A stretch of DNA of 64,000 nt from assembly GCA_002631855.1 (NCBI GenBank), contig NTLF01000014.1, positions 297,951-361,950 of the forward strand, written 5' to 3'. The notes below the pieces were generated by a model that searched no databases, was not told where the DNA came from, and worked only from the letters and a program-made list of their open reading frames with translations. Every line of letters begins with the position of its first letter. Positions within the stretch are counted from its first letter, which is position 1. Both the position numbers and the translations under genes were made by a program. Positions 38,024 through 47,656 of this stretch are shown one piece after another. The DNA is from Zunongwangia sp. ESRF-bin46. GTDB taxonomy: Bacteria > Bacteroidota > Bacteroidia > Flavobacteriales > Flavobacteriaceae.

Positions 38024-39406
38024 TTGAAATTAAGGTTTTTATATATCGTTTTAATTTTCTTCGGAATTCTTTTTCTTCCGAAACAAGCTGTTGCGCAAGA
38101 AACTGAACCCGTGGAAGAACAACCCACAGACGATTTAGGAAATGTGACCGATGCCTTTCAGGAAAACTTTTTTGAAGCCTTAAAGCAAAAAGGAATTGAG
38201 AATTATGAGTTAGCACTCGATGCGCTTCGGAAAGCAGAAAAAGCCGCTAAAGGTGATCCAAAACTAGAAGCTGTCGTTGCGTTTGAAAAAGCCAAAAACT
38301 TAACCGAACTAAAGCAATTTGAAGAAGCTGAAGTAAGTTTTAAGCAAGTTTTAAAAACCGAACCAAAACGATTGGACGTATTAGAGTCGTTGTACGATTT
38401 ATATTATCAAAAAAACGATTATGATTCAGCTATTCCGCTAGTTCAAAAGTTAATTGAGTTTGATGAAGATTATAAAGAAGATTTAGCCAATTTATATTCT
38501 CGAACACGTCAATTTGATAAAGCCATTGAAGTGTTGGACGACTTGGATGAAACCTTGGGCGAAAGCGATTATCGAAATGCCCTTCGTGCTCAAATTTACA
38601 GGCAAACTGGTAATACAGAAGGACAAATAGAGAGTCTAGAGACCCGTATTGATAAAAACCCGAAGAAAGAACAGGACTATTTAGGGTTAATTTATCTGTA
38701 TAGTGAGGAAGGCAATACTGAAAAAGCATTTGCTACCGCTAAAGAATTATTGAAAAATCAGCCAAACTCAAAACAAGTTCACTTGGCTTTGTATAAATTT
38801 TATTTGGATGAAAACAATACTGAAGAGGCTTTTAAATCTATGAATATTGTATTTGCTGCTTCGGAAATAGAAAAGGAAAGCAAATATAAAGTGTTGAGTG
38901 ATTTTATTGGTTTTGTTGAGAAAAACCCTCAATATGAAACCGAATTGGAAAATGTAGTTGCTAATTTCAGCGAAACCAATACGGGCAAAATTTATGAGCA
39001 ATTAGGTGGTTACTTCAACTCGAAAGGGCAAAAAGAAACCGCTTTAAAGTTTTATGAAAAGGGAATTGAAGGTGATCCGGATAATTTCAGTTTATTAAAA
39101 AACACCTTGTTGCTTCAGATTGATTTCAAAAAATATGATACCGCTGAAAAATTGAGTAGTGATGCATTAGCAATATTTCCGGCGCAACCGTTGTTATATT
39201 TAATCAATGGTGTCGCTCAAAATAATCTTAAAAACCCTGATGAAGCCATTGAAAGTCTTAATAGCGGTTTGGATTATCTATTTGACAACCCAACGATGGA
39301 GCAAGATTTTTATAAGCAATTACAGCAAGCGTACACATTAAAAGGAGATTCTAAAAAAGCGACTGAGTATGCGGAAAAAGCTGCTCAAATTAAGCTAACA
39401 AATTAA
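38024..39406 (+). CDS. Exported tetratricopeptide repeat protein
   Basis: TTG start, signal peptide, many TPR units; conserved dut-NTase-TPR-DUF4292-EnvC order. Confidence 0.88.
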   Translation: MKLRFLYIVLIFFGILFLPKQAVAQETEPVEEQPTDDLGNVTDAFQENFFEALKQKGIENYELALDALRKAEKAAKGDPKLEAVVAFEKAKNLTELKQFEEAEVSFKQVLKTEPKRLDVLESLYDLYYQKNDYDSAIPLVQKLIEFDEDYKEDLANLYSRTRQFDKAIEVLDDLDETLGESDYRNALRAQIYRQTGNTEGQIESLETRIDKNPKKEQDYLGLIYLYSEEGNTEKAFATAKELLKNQPNSKQVHLALYKFYLDENNTEEAFKSMNIVFAASEIEKESKYKVLSDFIGFVEKNPQYETELENVVANFSETNTGKIYEQLGGYFNSKGQKETALKFYEKGIEGDPDNFSLLKNTLLLQIDFKKYDTAEKLSSDALAIFPAQPLLYLINGVAQNNLKNPDEAIESLNSGLDYLFDNPTMEQDFYKQLQQAYTLKGDSKKATEYAEKAAQIKLTN

Positions 39407-39409
39407 TAC

Positions 39410-40186
39410 ATGACCTACACAAAATATATTTTTATAGTCTTGGCTATTGTACTTTCATCTTGTGGTGCAGCCAAAAAAGTAAAAGGCTCTAAAACAGCTA
39501 AAGAAAATATCTCAACTAAAAACATTATCGCTTCACACGAAGCAGCATCGCCAAACTTTAAAACGATGGCTGCCCGCATTCAAGTAGTTTATGAAGATGA
39601 TGACACCCAACAAAGCGTAACGGTCAGTCTACGTATGGAAAAAGATAAAACTATTTGGGTAAAAGCATCTTTACTGGGCATTACATTGGTGAAAGCCAAT
39701 ATTACCCCAGACCGGGTTCAATATTACGAAACGATTGGCGGCACTTATTTTGATGGTAATTACGCCCTATTGAGTGACTGGCTAGGAACTGAAATTAATT
39801 TTGAAAAAGCACAAGCCATTTTATTAGGGCAATCCATTTTTAATCTTAACAAGACAGATTATAAATCCACGGTGATTCAGAATAAATACAAACTGCAGCC
39901 CAACATACAGCCTCAAAATTTTATTCATTCGTTGTTTTTAAATCCTGAAAATTTCAAAATTGCTTCTGAAAGCCTGTCGCAGCCTAATGATGACAGACTA
40001 TTGAGCGTTCGTTATACCGACTACCAAAAAGTGGGAACAGATTTTTATCCTTCAGAAATAAAAATAAATACTACCGAAAAAGACAGTAAAACAAATATTG
40101 ACGTTATTTATAAAAATATAGACCTGGATGTAAATATTGGTTTTCCATTTAACATTCCTGAAGGGTATGATGAAATTCAACTATAA
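39410..40186 (+). CDS. DUF4292 family lipoprotein
   Basis: Lipobox VLSSC; LRMEKDKTIWV, FPFNIPEGY. Confidence 0.85.
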   Translation: MTYTKYIFIVLAIVLSSCGAAKKVKGSKTAKENISTKNIIASHEAASPNFKTMAARIQVVYEDDDTQQSVTVSLRMEKDKTIWVKASLLGITLVKANITPDRVQYYETIGGTYFDGNYALLSDWLGTEINFEKAQAILLGQSIFNLNKTDYKSTVIQNKYKLQPNIQPQNFIHSLFLNPENFKIASESLSQPNDDRLLSVRYTDYQKVGTDFYPSEIKINTTEKDSKTNIDVIYKNIDLDVNIGFPFNIPEGYDEIQL

Positions 40187-41421
40187 TGCGTAATAACTTT
40201 ATTACATATTTTCTTTTTGGGTGTTTCTTGTTAGTGGCAACAACGCTTTCTGCTCAATCTGAAAAACAAAAAGAATTAGAAGAGCAACGACAGGCGATTC
40301 TTCAAGAAATTAAGCAAATTAATTCTCTTTTGTTCAAGACCCGAAAAGAAGAAAAATCGGTGTTGACGCAAGTGGAAGATTTGGAACAACGTATTAGCGC
40401 AACTGAAAATTTAATCCGCATTACAAACCGTCAAGCTAATTTATTAACACGCGAAATTAACGACAACCTCACCAAAATAGACAACCTTCGTACCGAACTG
40501 AAAGAGCTGAAAGAAGACTATGCAGCGATGATCAATAAATCGTACAAAAGTAAGTCGCAGCAAAGTAGGGTGATGTTTTTATTGTCTTCGGAAAGTTTTT
40601 TGCAAGCATATAAACGCTTGCAGTATATGAAACAATATGCTAAACACCGCAAAGAGCAAGGAGAAAGTATTAAAGAAAAAACTGCACAGTTACAGCAATT
40701 AAATAAAGATTTGATTTCTCAAAAAAGCAAAAAGGAAGAATTGATTGCTCAAAACCGAAAAACTAAAAACGAACTCGCTAAAGAGAAGAAGGATCAACAA
40801 GCACTTGTAGCTTCACTCAAAAAAGATGAAGGTAAGTTTGCTCGTCAAATACGAGAAAAGCAAAGCAAAGCCGATGAAATTGACCGACAAATAGACAAAT
40901 TGATTCGTGAAGCCATTGCAAAGTCTAATAAAGCTTCTGGAAACAAAGTAGACAATACTCGAGAATCCACTTTTGCCTTAAATGCCGAAGCAAAAGAACT
41001 AGCCGCCAACTTTACCAGCAATAAAGGAAAATTACCGTGGCCCATTACCAAAGGCGGCGTGGTAGTTAAAAAATATGGTAAACATAGGCATCCACAATTG
41101 CCCAATGTAACCACCTTTAACAGCGGTGTTGAAATCGCAACTGAAAAAGGTGCAGAAGCTCGTGCTATTTTTAAAGGTGTGGTACTTGAAATTCAACAAC
41201 TAAAAGGGGCAAACAAGGCTATCTATGTACAACATGGCAACTATATAACCGTATATAACAACTTAGCTACCGTTGCCGTGAAAAAGGGTGATAATGTGGA
41301 TACCAAACAAAATCTAGGAACTGTTTTTAGTAATCCGGCTACTGGAAAAACCACCATGAAATTTCTGATTTACCAAAACACCAAACGTATGAATCCGGCA
41401 GATTGGATTTATAGAATGTAA
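40186..41421 (+). CDS. Murein hydrolase activator EnvC-like (coiled coil plus degenerate M23)
   Basis: Long coiled coil; KGKLPWP, NSGVEI, QHGNYITVY; zinc ligands appear absent. Confidence 0.88.
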   Translation: MRNNFITYFLFGCFLLVATTLSAQSEKQKELEEQRQAILQEIKQINSLLFKTRKEEKSVLTQVEDLEQRISATENLIRITNRQANLLTREINDNLTKIDNLRTELKELKEDYAAMINKSYKSKSQQSRVMFLLSSESFLQAYKRLQYMKQYAKHRKEQGESIKEKTAQLQQLNKDLISQKSKKEELIAQNRKTKNELAKEKKDQQALVASLKKDEGKFARQIREKQSKADEIDRQIDKLIREAIAKSNKASGNKVDNTRESTFALNAEAKELAANFTSNKGKLPWPITKGGVVVKKYGKHRHPQLPNVTTFNSGVEIATEKGAEARAIFKGVVLEIQQLKGANKAIYVQHGNYITVYNNLATVAVKKGDNVDTKQNLGTVFSNPATGKTTMKFLIYQNTKRMNPADWIYRM

Positions 41422-41835
41422 TTAGTGAGGTAACTTATTCTTTAAAATTCCGTACAAAAATGTACCCAAGAGCGCGCCTACAATCACAACTAATATTGAT
41501 ATATAACCTGACCCAACTAACACATACATAGGGCCCGGACAAGCACCCGCTAAAGCCCAACCTAAGCCAAAAATAATTCCGCCAATTGCATATCTGGCAA
41601 AACTTTTGTTTTTAGGGGTTAACTTCATTTCTTGATTGCCAATCGCCTTGAGATTCTTCTTCTTTATTACTTGAATTCCTATAACTCCCAAAACCAAAGC
41701 AGAACCTATAATTCCGTACATATGGAAAGACCCAAACTGAAACATTTCATAAATTCGAAACCACGAAGCTGCTTCAGATTTGTACATTATAATTCCGAAG
41801 AAAATACCAATACTTAAATAAACTAGCTGTTTCAT
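41422..41835 (-). CDS. YeeE/YedE family sulfur transporter half (PmpB-like)
   Basis: GGIIFGLGWALAGACPGP. Confidence 0.88.
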   Translation of the reverse strand: MKQLVYLSIGIFFGIIMYKSEAASWFRIYEMFQFGSFHMYGIIGSALVLGVIGIQVIKKKNLKAIGNQEMKLTPKNKSFARYAIGGIIFGLGWALAGACPGPMYVLVGSGYISILVVIVGALLGTFLYGILKNKLPH

Positions 41836-41839
41836 ACTT

Positions 41840-42397
41840 TTAAAATATTATGGGGAAAATGGCGTGAATCATTACTAAACCACCAATAAAAAACCCGATT
41901 ACGGCAATTAAAGAAGGCAATTGCAAATTACTCAAGCCTGAAATAGCGTGGCCAGAAGTACATCCGCCTGCATAGCGGGCACCAAAACCTACTAACAAGC
42001 CTCCAATTAATAAAACCCCTAATACAAATGGGTTTGATAATTGTTCGGTTGAAAATAATTCTGGTGGCATGTAAGCTTGACCAGCACTATTAATTTGGTA
42101 ATCATTAGAAAGCTGTTCGGCTATTTCTGGATTGATTTCAACCGTATTATTAGACATAAATTGAGAGGCAATAAAACCACCGATAACGGCACCAACTACA
42201 ACTAATAAATTCCAGCGCTCTTCTTTCCAATTAAATTTGAAAAAATCGGCTACTTTTCCTGCTCCACCTGCCGAACACATGGTTCGTAAGTTTGAAGACA
42301 TGCCAAATTGCTTTCCTGCAAAGAGCAATAAAAACATAACCAAAGCAATTAAAGGGCCGGCGACATACCATGGCCAAGACTCATATATTAAATCCAT
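41840..42397 (-). CDS. YeeE/YedE family sulfur transporter half (PmpA-like)
   Basis: WPWYVAG, LVGFGARYAGGCTSGHAISGL. Confidence 0.9.
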   Translation of the reverse strand: MDLIYESWPWYVAGPLIALVMFLLLFAGKQFGMSSNLRTMCSAGGAGKVADFFKFNWKEERWNLLVVVGAVIGGFIASQFMSNNTVEINPEIAEQLSNDYQINSAGQAYMPPELFSTEQLSNPFVLGVLLIGGLLVGFGARYAGGCTSGHAISGLSNLQLPSLIAVIGFFIGGLVMIHAIFPIIF

Positions 42398-42402
42398 AGA
42401 AT

Positions 42403-43746
42403 TTAGTTTTTAAATTCAGTTACCGCATCACTTAAATCGAATACAGTAGTATTTTTAAGTTCAGTTTCCAGAATACTACTACCAGCTGCACTTCTATAAC
42501 CTCCTGCACAATGAACCACAATAGGCTTTTCCGTTGGAACTTCAGAAACACGTTCTCTCAATTGGTGTAATGGGATCGTCAATGCTGATTCAAAAATCTT
42601 TCCTTCTTCCACTTCACTTTCATTGCGTATATCCACAATTGTAAAGGCTTCTTTATTGTTTTTAAATTCTGAAATATTAAATTCTGATGATTTTTTTAAT
42701 CCTTCATTACTTAATGTTACAACTGCTTTAACTTGCTTTTCATAGCCAATTTTTGCAATCCTGTTGAGTAATGTATTTGCTTCTTCTACGGAATTCACAA
42801 CCACGTAAAATTCTTCTTCCGGTTTAACAATAGAACCTAGCCAAGTTTCAAACTTAGAAGTTTTTGAAGTGGCCATAATATTGATGCTTTCGGGTAGATG
42901 CTTTTTTTTAAAAGTTGCTTCATCGCGTGTATCGATTACTAAAATATCACCTTTCTTTTCAGAAACAGAAAGTTGTAAAGGAATGATGCCTATACTTTCA
43001 GAAAGATTTTTAGCACCCTCTTTATTAATAGCGACATTGTACCCAAAATAATGCGGAATAAAAGGTTGCGAACTCAATAAATGGTTGATAAACTGTTCTT
43101 CTGTTTGATTTTTAAAAGCCCAATTACCGATACGTTCGTTACCTAAAGTACTTGAAGAAGCATCGGCGCTCATTCCTTTTCCGCAAAGAGAACCGGCACC
43201 GTGGGCGGGATAAACATATGCGTTATCTGGTAAGTGCTTGAATTTGGTTTGTATGGTATTAAACATCATCTTAGCTAACTCTTCGCGTTTCGCTTTTAAA
43301 TGACCTGCCTTTTCACGTAAATCTGGACGACCAACATCGCCTACAAATAAAGTATCGCCAGTAAATAAGGCAATATTATCAGCTTCGGTAGCTTGTACGG
43401 TGATACTATCTGGGGAATGCCCCGGTGTGTTAATAGCAGTAAAGGTTATGTTTCCCATTTTCACAGTATCGTCATCATCAAAAGACGTATGCGGATAGTC
43501 TGCAGCTGTTTTTTTGCTTGAGTAAATAGTTGCACCTGTTTCTTTATAGATTTGCATATGAGAACTTACAAAATCGGCGTGCGGATGCGTTTCAAACACG
43601 GCAACAATTTGTGCGTTATTATCTTCGGCAAACCTATAATACTGTGTCGGGTTACGTTCTGGGTCTACTAAAGCCATCTTGCCTTCACTTATAATAGCAT
43701 AGGAATAATGCGAAAGTGGCTTATATTCAAACTGTTTTATTTTCAT
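42403..43746 (-). CDS. Persulfide dioxygenase-rhodanese fusion (CstB-like MBL fold)
   Basis: ETHPHADF, TPGHS, TGDTLF, PAHGAGSLCG, middle Cys-less rhodanese, C-terminal VHCAGGYRS. Confidence 0.9.
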   Translation of the reverse strand: MKIKQFEYKPLSHYSYAIISEGKMALVDPERNPTQYYRFAEDNNAQIVAVFETHPHADFVSSHMQIYKETGATIYSSKKTAADYPHTSFDDDDTVKMGNITFTAINTPGHSPDSITVQATEADNIALFTGDTLFVGDVGRPDLREKAGHLKAKREELAKMMFNTIQTKFKHLPDNAYVYPAHGAGSLCGKGMSADASSSTLGNERIGNWAFKNQTEEQFINHLLSSQPFIPHYFGYNVAINKEGAKNLSESIGIIPLQLSVSEKKGDILVIDTRDEATFKKKHLPESINIMATSKTSKFETWLGSIVKPEEEFYVVVNSVEEANTLLNRIAKIGYEKQVKAVVTLSNEGLKKSSEFNISEFKNNKEAFTIVDIRNESEVEEGKIFESALTIPLHQLRERVSEVPTEKPIVVHCAGGYRSAAGSSILETELKNTTVFDLSDAVTEFKN

Positions 43747-43771
43747 AACACCTATTTTTTAAATTATATAA

Positions 43772-43815
43772 CAAAGATACGCAAGTAGCAAATTACTATC
43801 AGTAACATTGGTTAC
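43772..43815 (-). promoter_or_regulatory. Crp-family site plus -7 box for the PDO-yeeE-yeeE unit
   Basis: GTAACATTGGTTAC (43802-43815, GTA-N8-TAC), 22 nt, TATCTTTG (43779-43772). Confidence 0.72.
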
Positions 43816-43835
43816 CTAGCCAGTAGAAATGTGGT

Positions 43836-44423
43836 TTATTTTTTCTGAAGCATGACAAACAGTTCATTCCCCTTTCTTTCTGGTATCGAATTATGGGCAG
43901 TTTCCATAATCTTTATTTCAAAAAAAGGTGAAAACCGTTTTTTATACTCGGCTTCACTTCCGCCGAAAGGCGGCCCGTCATCAGTTAAGGGAAAGTTGAA
44001 AAGCAGCCCCACTAATTTTCCTTTTGGTTTCAACAACTGATACATTTTTGAAACATACTCGTCACGTAAGGAAGGATTAAGTGCACAAAAGAAGGTTTGT
44101 TCTATAATAAGATCGAATGTTTCTTCTAACTTAAAAAAGTCTTGATTTAGTAATTTTTCAGAAGGAAACGTAGGTACTCTTTTTTTAAAGTTTTGTAGAG
44201 CAGTTTCTGAAACATCTACTACATAGACTTCTGTAAAGCCTTTATTATGAAGGTATTCTGCTTCATATGAATTACCACCTCCAGGAATTAAGATTTTTAA
44301 GCTTTTATTGGTAAGTTGATCAAAATAAGTTTTTAGCGGTGTGGAAACATACCCAATATCCCATTTTGTATCCTTGTTTTTATAACGGTTTTCCCAGTAC
44401 GGTTCATTTAAAGATTCCATCAT
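43836..44423 (-). CDS. TPMT-fold SAM methyltransferase, halide/thiol methyltransferase-like
   Basis: WDIG, ILIPGGGNSYE, DFF, EQTFFCALNPSLR, GPPFG. Confidence 0.85.
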   Translation of the reverse strand: MMESLNEPYWENRYKNKDTKWDIGYVSTPLKTYFDQLTNKSLKILIPGGGNSYEAEYLHNKGFTEVYVVDVSETALQNFKKRVPTFPSEKLLNQDFFKLEETFDLIIEQTFFCALNPSLRDEYVSKMYQLLKPKGKLVGLLFNFPLTDDGPPFGGSEAEYKKRFSPFFEIKIMETAHNSIPERKGNELFVMLQKK

Positions 44424-44426
44424 TTT

Positions 44427-45227
44427 TTATTTAGTGAACTCTTTAAAAACAATATATAAGGCCATCGCCAATACAAACCATCCAAAGCTCTTTTTCAGTT
44501 TTTTACCGTCAATGAACTTATTTAACCAAGTACCTACAAATATTCCAACTACTGAAATGGTTGTGAAAATTAATAGAAAAGTCCAATCTATGTCTAGGTT
44601 TTCAACATCGCCTATAAAACCAATTAACGATTTTATAGCAATAATAAGAAGAGAAGTGGCTACGGCTTTTTTCATGGGTAGTTTTGCCAACAAAACCAAC
44701 GCCGGGATTATGAGAAAACCACCACCAGCACCAACAATCCCGGTTAATAGCCCTACTACAATTCCTTCAATAATTATTAATGGGTAGTTATATACAACTG
44801 TTGTTTCAGAAGTTATTTTTTTACCGTTTGATTTAATCATCGAAATGGCAGCCACAAACATGATTATAGCAAAAAACACCATGATAGCGATGTTTTTTGT
44901 CACTACAAAATCGTTTACTTCAAATAGGTAATCAGGTATTGCTGGTACTAAAAATTTTCGAGTGGCGTAGACAGCTATAAAAGCGGGAATAGCAAAAACG
45001 ATAGCTGTTTTAAAGTCTACCAATCCCTTTTGGATATTTCGAATAGCCCCCACCAAAGCTGAAACACCTACAACAAATAAAGAATAAGCTGTTGCAGTAA
45101 CAGGGTTGACATATAGTAAGTATACAAGCACGGGAACGGTTAAAATTGAACCTCCACCACCTATTAAACCTAAAACAATGCCAATTGCTAAAGCGCCAAC
45201 ATATCCTAAAATTTGAGTGATATCCAT
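44427..45227 (-). CDS. Sulfite exporter TauE/SafE family
   Basis: GLIGGGGSILTVP, GIVGAGGGFLIIPAL, AVATSL. Confidence 0.92.
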   Translation of the reverse strand: MDITQILGYVGALAIGIVLGLIGGGGSILTVPVLVYLLYVNPVTATAYSLFVVGVSALVGAIRNIQKGLVDFKTAIVFAIPAFIAVYATRKFLVPAIPDYLFEVNDFVVTKNIAIMVFFAIIMFVAAISMIKSNGKKITSETTVVYNYPLIIIEGIVVGLLTGIVGAGGGFLIIPALVLLAKLPMKKAVATSLLIIAIKSLIGFIGDVENLDIDWTFLLIFTTISVVGIFVGTWLNKFIDGKKLKKSFGWFVLAMALYIVFKEFTK

Positions 45228-45247
45228 TAAACTGAAATGATTTTAGG

Positions 45248-45291
45248 CAAAAGTAGGATAAATGCTTTTTTACAAACGTATCTTATGTTAC
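45248..45291 (-). promoter_or_regulatory. Crp-family site plus -7 box for the tauE-methyltransferase unit
   Basis: GTATCTTATGTTAC (45278-45291, GTA-N8-TAC), 22 nt, TACTTTTG (45255-45248). Confidence 0.7.
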
Positions 45292-45300
45292 ATATAAAAA

Positions 45301-45933
45301 TCAAATTGCTTGAATTTTTATACTATTTCTTCTCAATTCAATTTTTTTCAATGTTTCTAATTTTTTAAGAAGCCTTGATATTACCACTCTAGAAGTGTTT
45401 AGGTCGTACGCAATTTCTTGATGGGTTGTATGTAAAATTGTATCACCAGAAACTTTAGCCTTTTCTTTTAAGTACTTTAAAAGACGTTCATCCATATTTA
45501 AAAAGGCAATGGTATCTACTGTGTGTAATAATTCTTGTAAACGGTTATGATAGCTCTCAAAAACAAAATTTCTCCAGCTTTTATATTTAGCAGTCCACTC
45601 TTCCATCTTTTGAACAGGAATCATTAAAAGCTCTGTATCTAATTCGGCTACTGCTTTAATTTCACTTTTGGTATGCCCTAAACAGCAAGACATGGTCATG
45701 GCACACGTGTCACCAGTCTCTAAAAAGTACATTAATAACTCATCGCCCTTATCATCTACACGAAGCACTTTAATAGCTCCTGAGAGAAGTAAAGGCATTG
45801 ATTTTACGTAATCGCCAATATTAATTAAGGTTGTGTCTTGTGGAATTTGTTTAAAGACAGCAGTTTGTTCAATTTCTTCTATTAAATCTTTTTCAAAAAT
45901 TGAAGCGTACGTGGGATGAATTGATTGATTCAT
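45301..45933 (-). CDS. Crp/Fnr family transcriptional regulator
   Basis: cNMP-like LLSGAIKV, GDTCAMTMSCC, HTH THQEIAYDLNTSRVVISRLLKKL. Confidence 0.92.
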   Translation of the reverse strand: MNQSIHPTYASIFEKDLIEEIEQTAVFKQIPQDTTLINIGDYVKSMPLLLSGAIKVLRVDDKGDELLMYFLETGDTCAMTMSCCLGHTKSEIKAVAELDTELLMIPVQKMEEWTAKYKSWRNFVFESYHNRLQELLHTVDTIAFLNMDERLLKYLKEKAKVSGDTILHTTHQEIAYDLNTSRVVISRLLKKLETLKKIELRRNSIKIQAI

Positions 45934-46030
45934 GTGTAATTATTGATCGCTTTTTCTGAATTAAAGCTAAGATACAATCAATAAATAGTAACAAATCGGT
46001 TTTTCTTTAATTTCTACAAAAATTTCATCT

Positions 46031-46540
46031 TTACTGAAAAAGAGCTTTTAACTCAGTTGCATCTTTTGGATCCATCTTTTTTGCTAAAACTAAGCTTAAT
46101 TGTCTTCTACGCAAAGCAGCTTCGTATCGTTCTTTTTCCAGTTCTGTTTCTGGTTTTAAAGGGGGAATTGGCACTGGACTTCCCATTTCATCTACAGCTA
46201 CAAAAGTGTAAATAGCTTCATTTGCCTTACTGCGCATACCACTTTCGCGGTCTTCAATCCAAACATCCATAAATACTTCCATGGAGCTTTTAAAGGCTCG
46301 GGACACTTTAGCTTCTACAGTTACAACGCTTCCTAAAGGAATCATTTTATTAAAAGCTACGTGATTAACCGAAGCTGTTACTACAACACGACGGCTATGT
46401 CTACGGGCAGCGATACCAGCTGCTCGGTCCATTCTAGCTAATAGTTCACCTCCAAACATGTTACCAATAGGGTTGGTCTCACTAGGAAGCACTAAGTCTG
46501 TAATTATAGTTCTTGACTCTAAAGATGTTCTAGATTCCAT
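46031..46540 (-). CDS. Acyl-CoA thioesterase (hotdog fold)
   Basis: NPIGNMFGGELLARMDRAA, AIYTFVAVD. Confidence 0.92.
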   Translation of the reverse strand: MESRTSLESRTIITDLVLPSETNPIGNMFGGELLARMDRAAGIAARRHSRRVVVTASVNHVAFNKMIPLGSVVTVEAKVSRAFKSSMEVFMDVWIEDRESGMRSKANEAIYTFVAVDEMGSPVPIPPLKPETELEKERYEAALRRRQLSLVLAKKMDPKDATELKALFQ

Positions 46541-46607
46541 TGCAAAATAATTTTTTGCAAAGGTACATTGGTTTTTAATGAAATGGAATAAAGAAAGAAG
46601 TTATTAT

Positions 46608-47546
46608 CTACTTAAGGTCTTTTACTAATAACCAAGCAGCTTCGTTTTCGGTGTTTTTAATCTTCCGAAGTTCTCGAAGCGCTTCTAATCGATCTTCAAA
46701 ACTACTGTACACAACTTGATGCAAGCCATATCTGTTAGCCCCAATGAGTTTTGCAGTATACCCTTTTTCTGAAAGTAGTTTGACTTTTTTCTGTGCGTTT
46801 TCCTCAACACGAAAAGCTCCAGCGATAATATGGTATTTACCGGTTTGTTTTGGAACGGTAATTTTTAATGCTGGTAATGGGTTCTCTATAACAAAAGTAG
46901 CCTCTTGAATTTGGTTTTCAATACGGCTGTCGGCCTCTTGTTTTGCTGCAAAGTTATGTTTTTGTACTTGGCTTTCGTAGAGCTTCATACCTCCAAAACC
47001 ACCTAAAGTGAGTGCTATCAAGCCAATTGCAGCATACTTTAAATACGGTCTCGCCGTGCGACGCTCTGGTGTAAAATGGATAGGTGCTTTTTCTTCAAGA
47101 GTTTCAACCGTTTCTTTATATTCTTCACGGCTTACTTTTGTTGAAACATAAGCACTTAACCCAAATGAAGCAGTACTAAAGTTCTCCGTTTCCGAAGGGA
47201 TAAATTGTATTGACTTTTCAGCATTTAATACAAATTCACCTAAATTTTTAATGCTTACTGTTTCACCTTCGGTAAGTTGAAGGGAAACTTTAGCAGTAAA
47301 GTTTCGTATTTTTTGAACAGCTACTTCATAACTGCACTTTTCTACTGAGGCAACATAATTTGCCAATAACCCATCATTGGTTTGCAACTGCCTGTTGAAT
47401 GAAAGTGATTTTCCAGGTGGATAAAAAGTGTTGGTTTCTTCATCGATTCTAGCGGAACGATATTGCGTTAAAAACGCACCAAACCCCGGAATGATAATAC
47501 ACTCATACCGATAGAGTAAGTCTTTTATGTAAGTGGCTAGTTGCAT
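46608..47546 (-). CDS. HU-like (CCDC81-type) N-terminal domains, TM, C-terminal SPOR domain
   Basis: YECIIIPGFGAF, NDGLLANY, IKNLGEF; TM YAAIGLIALTLGGFGG; SPOR YHIIAGAFR; ATG 47546 preferred. Confidence 0.82.
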   Translation of the reverse strand: MQLATYIKDLLYRYECIIIPGFGAFLTQYRSARIDEETNTFYPPGKSLSFNRQLQTNDGLLANYVASVEKCSYEVAVQKIRNFTAKVSLQLTEGETVSIKNLGEFVLNAEKSIQFIPSETENFSTASFGLSAYVSTKVSREEYKETVETLEEKAPIHFTPERRTARPYLKYAAIGLIALTLGGFGGMKLYESQVQKHNFAAKQEADSRIENQIQEATFVIENPLPALKITVPKQTGKYHIIAGAFRVEENAQKKVKLLSEKGYTAKLIGANRYGLHQVVYSSFEDRLEALRELRKIKNTENEAAWLLVKDLK

Positions 47547-47656
47547 ACTAACAAACATAGATTAATTTTTCAGGTATTTCAATTACCGGGCTTAAAATTT
47601 ATCAACAACTTAAAAAAGTGTATTTTTAACAACTCCCCGATTGCATATGTAGTTTT

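Noticed and set aside
45962-46001. Third Crp-family site upstream of the crp gene
   Set aside because: Only half-sites (GATAC, GTAAC); no GTA-N8-TAC and no 22-nt geometry
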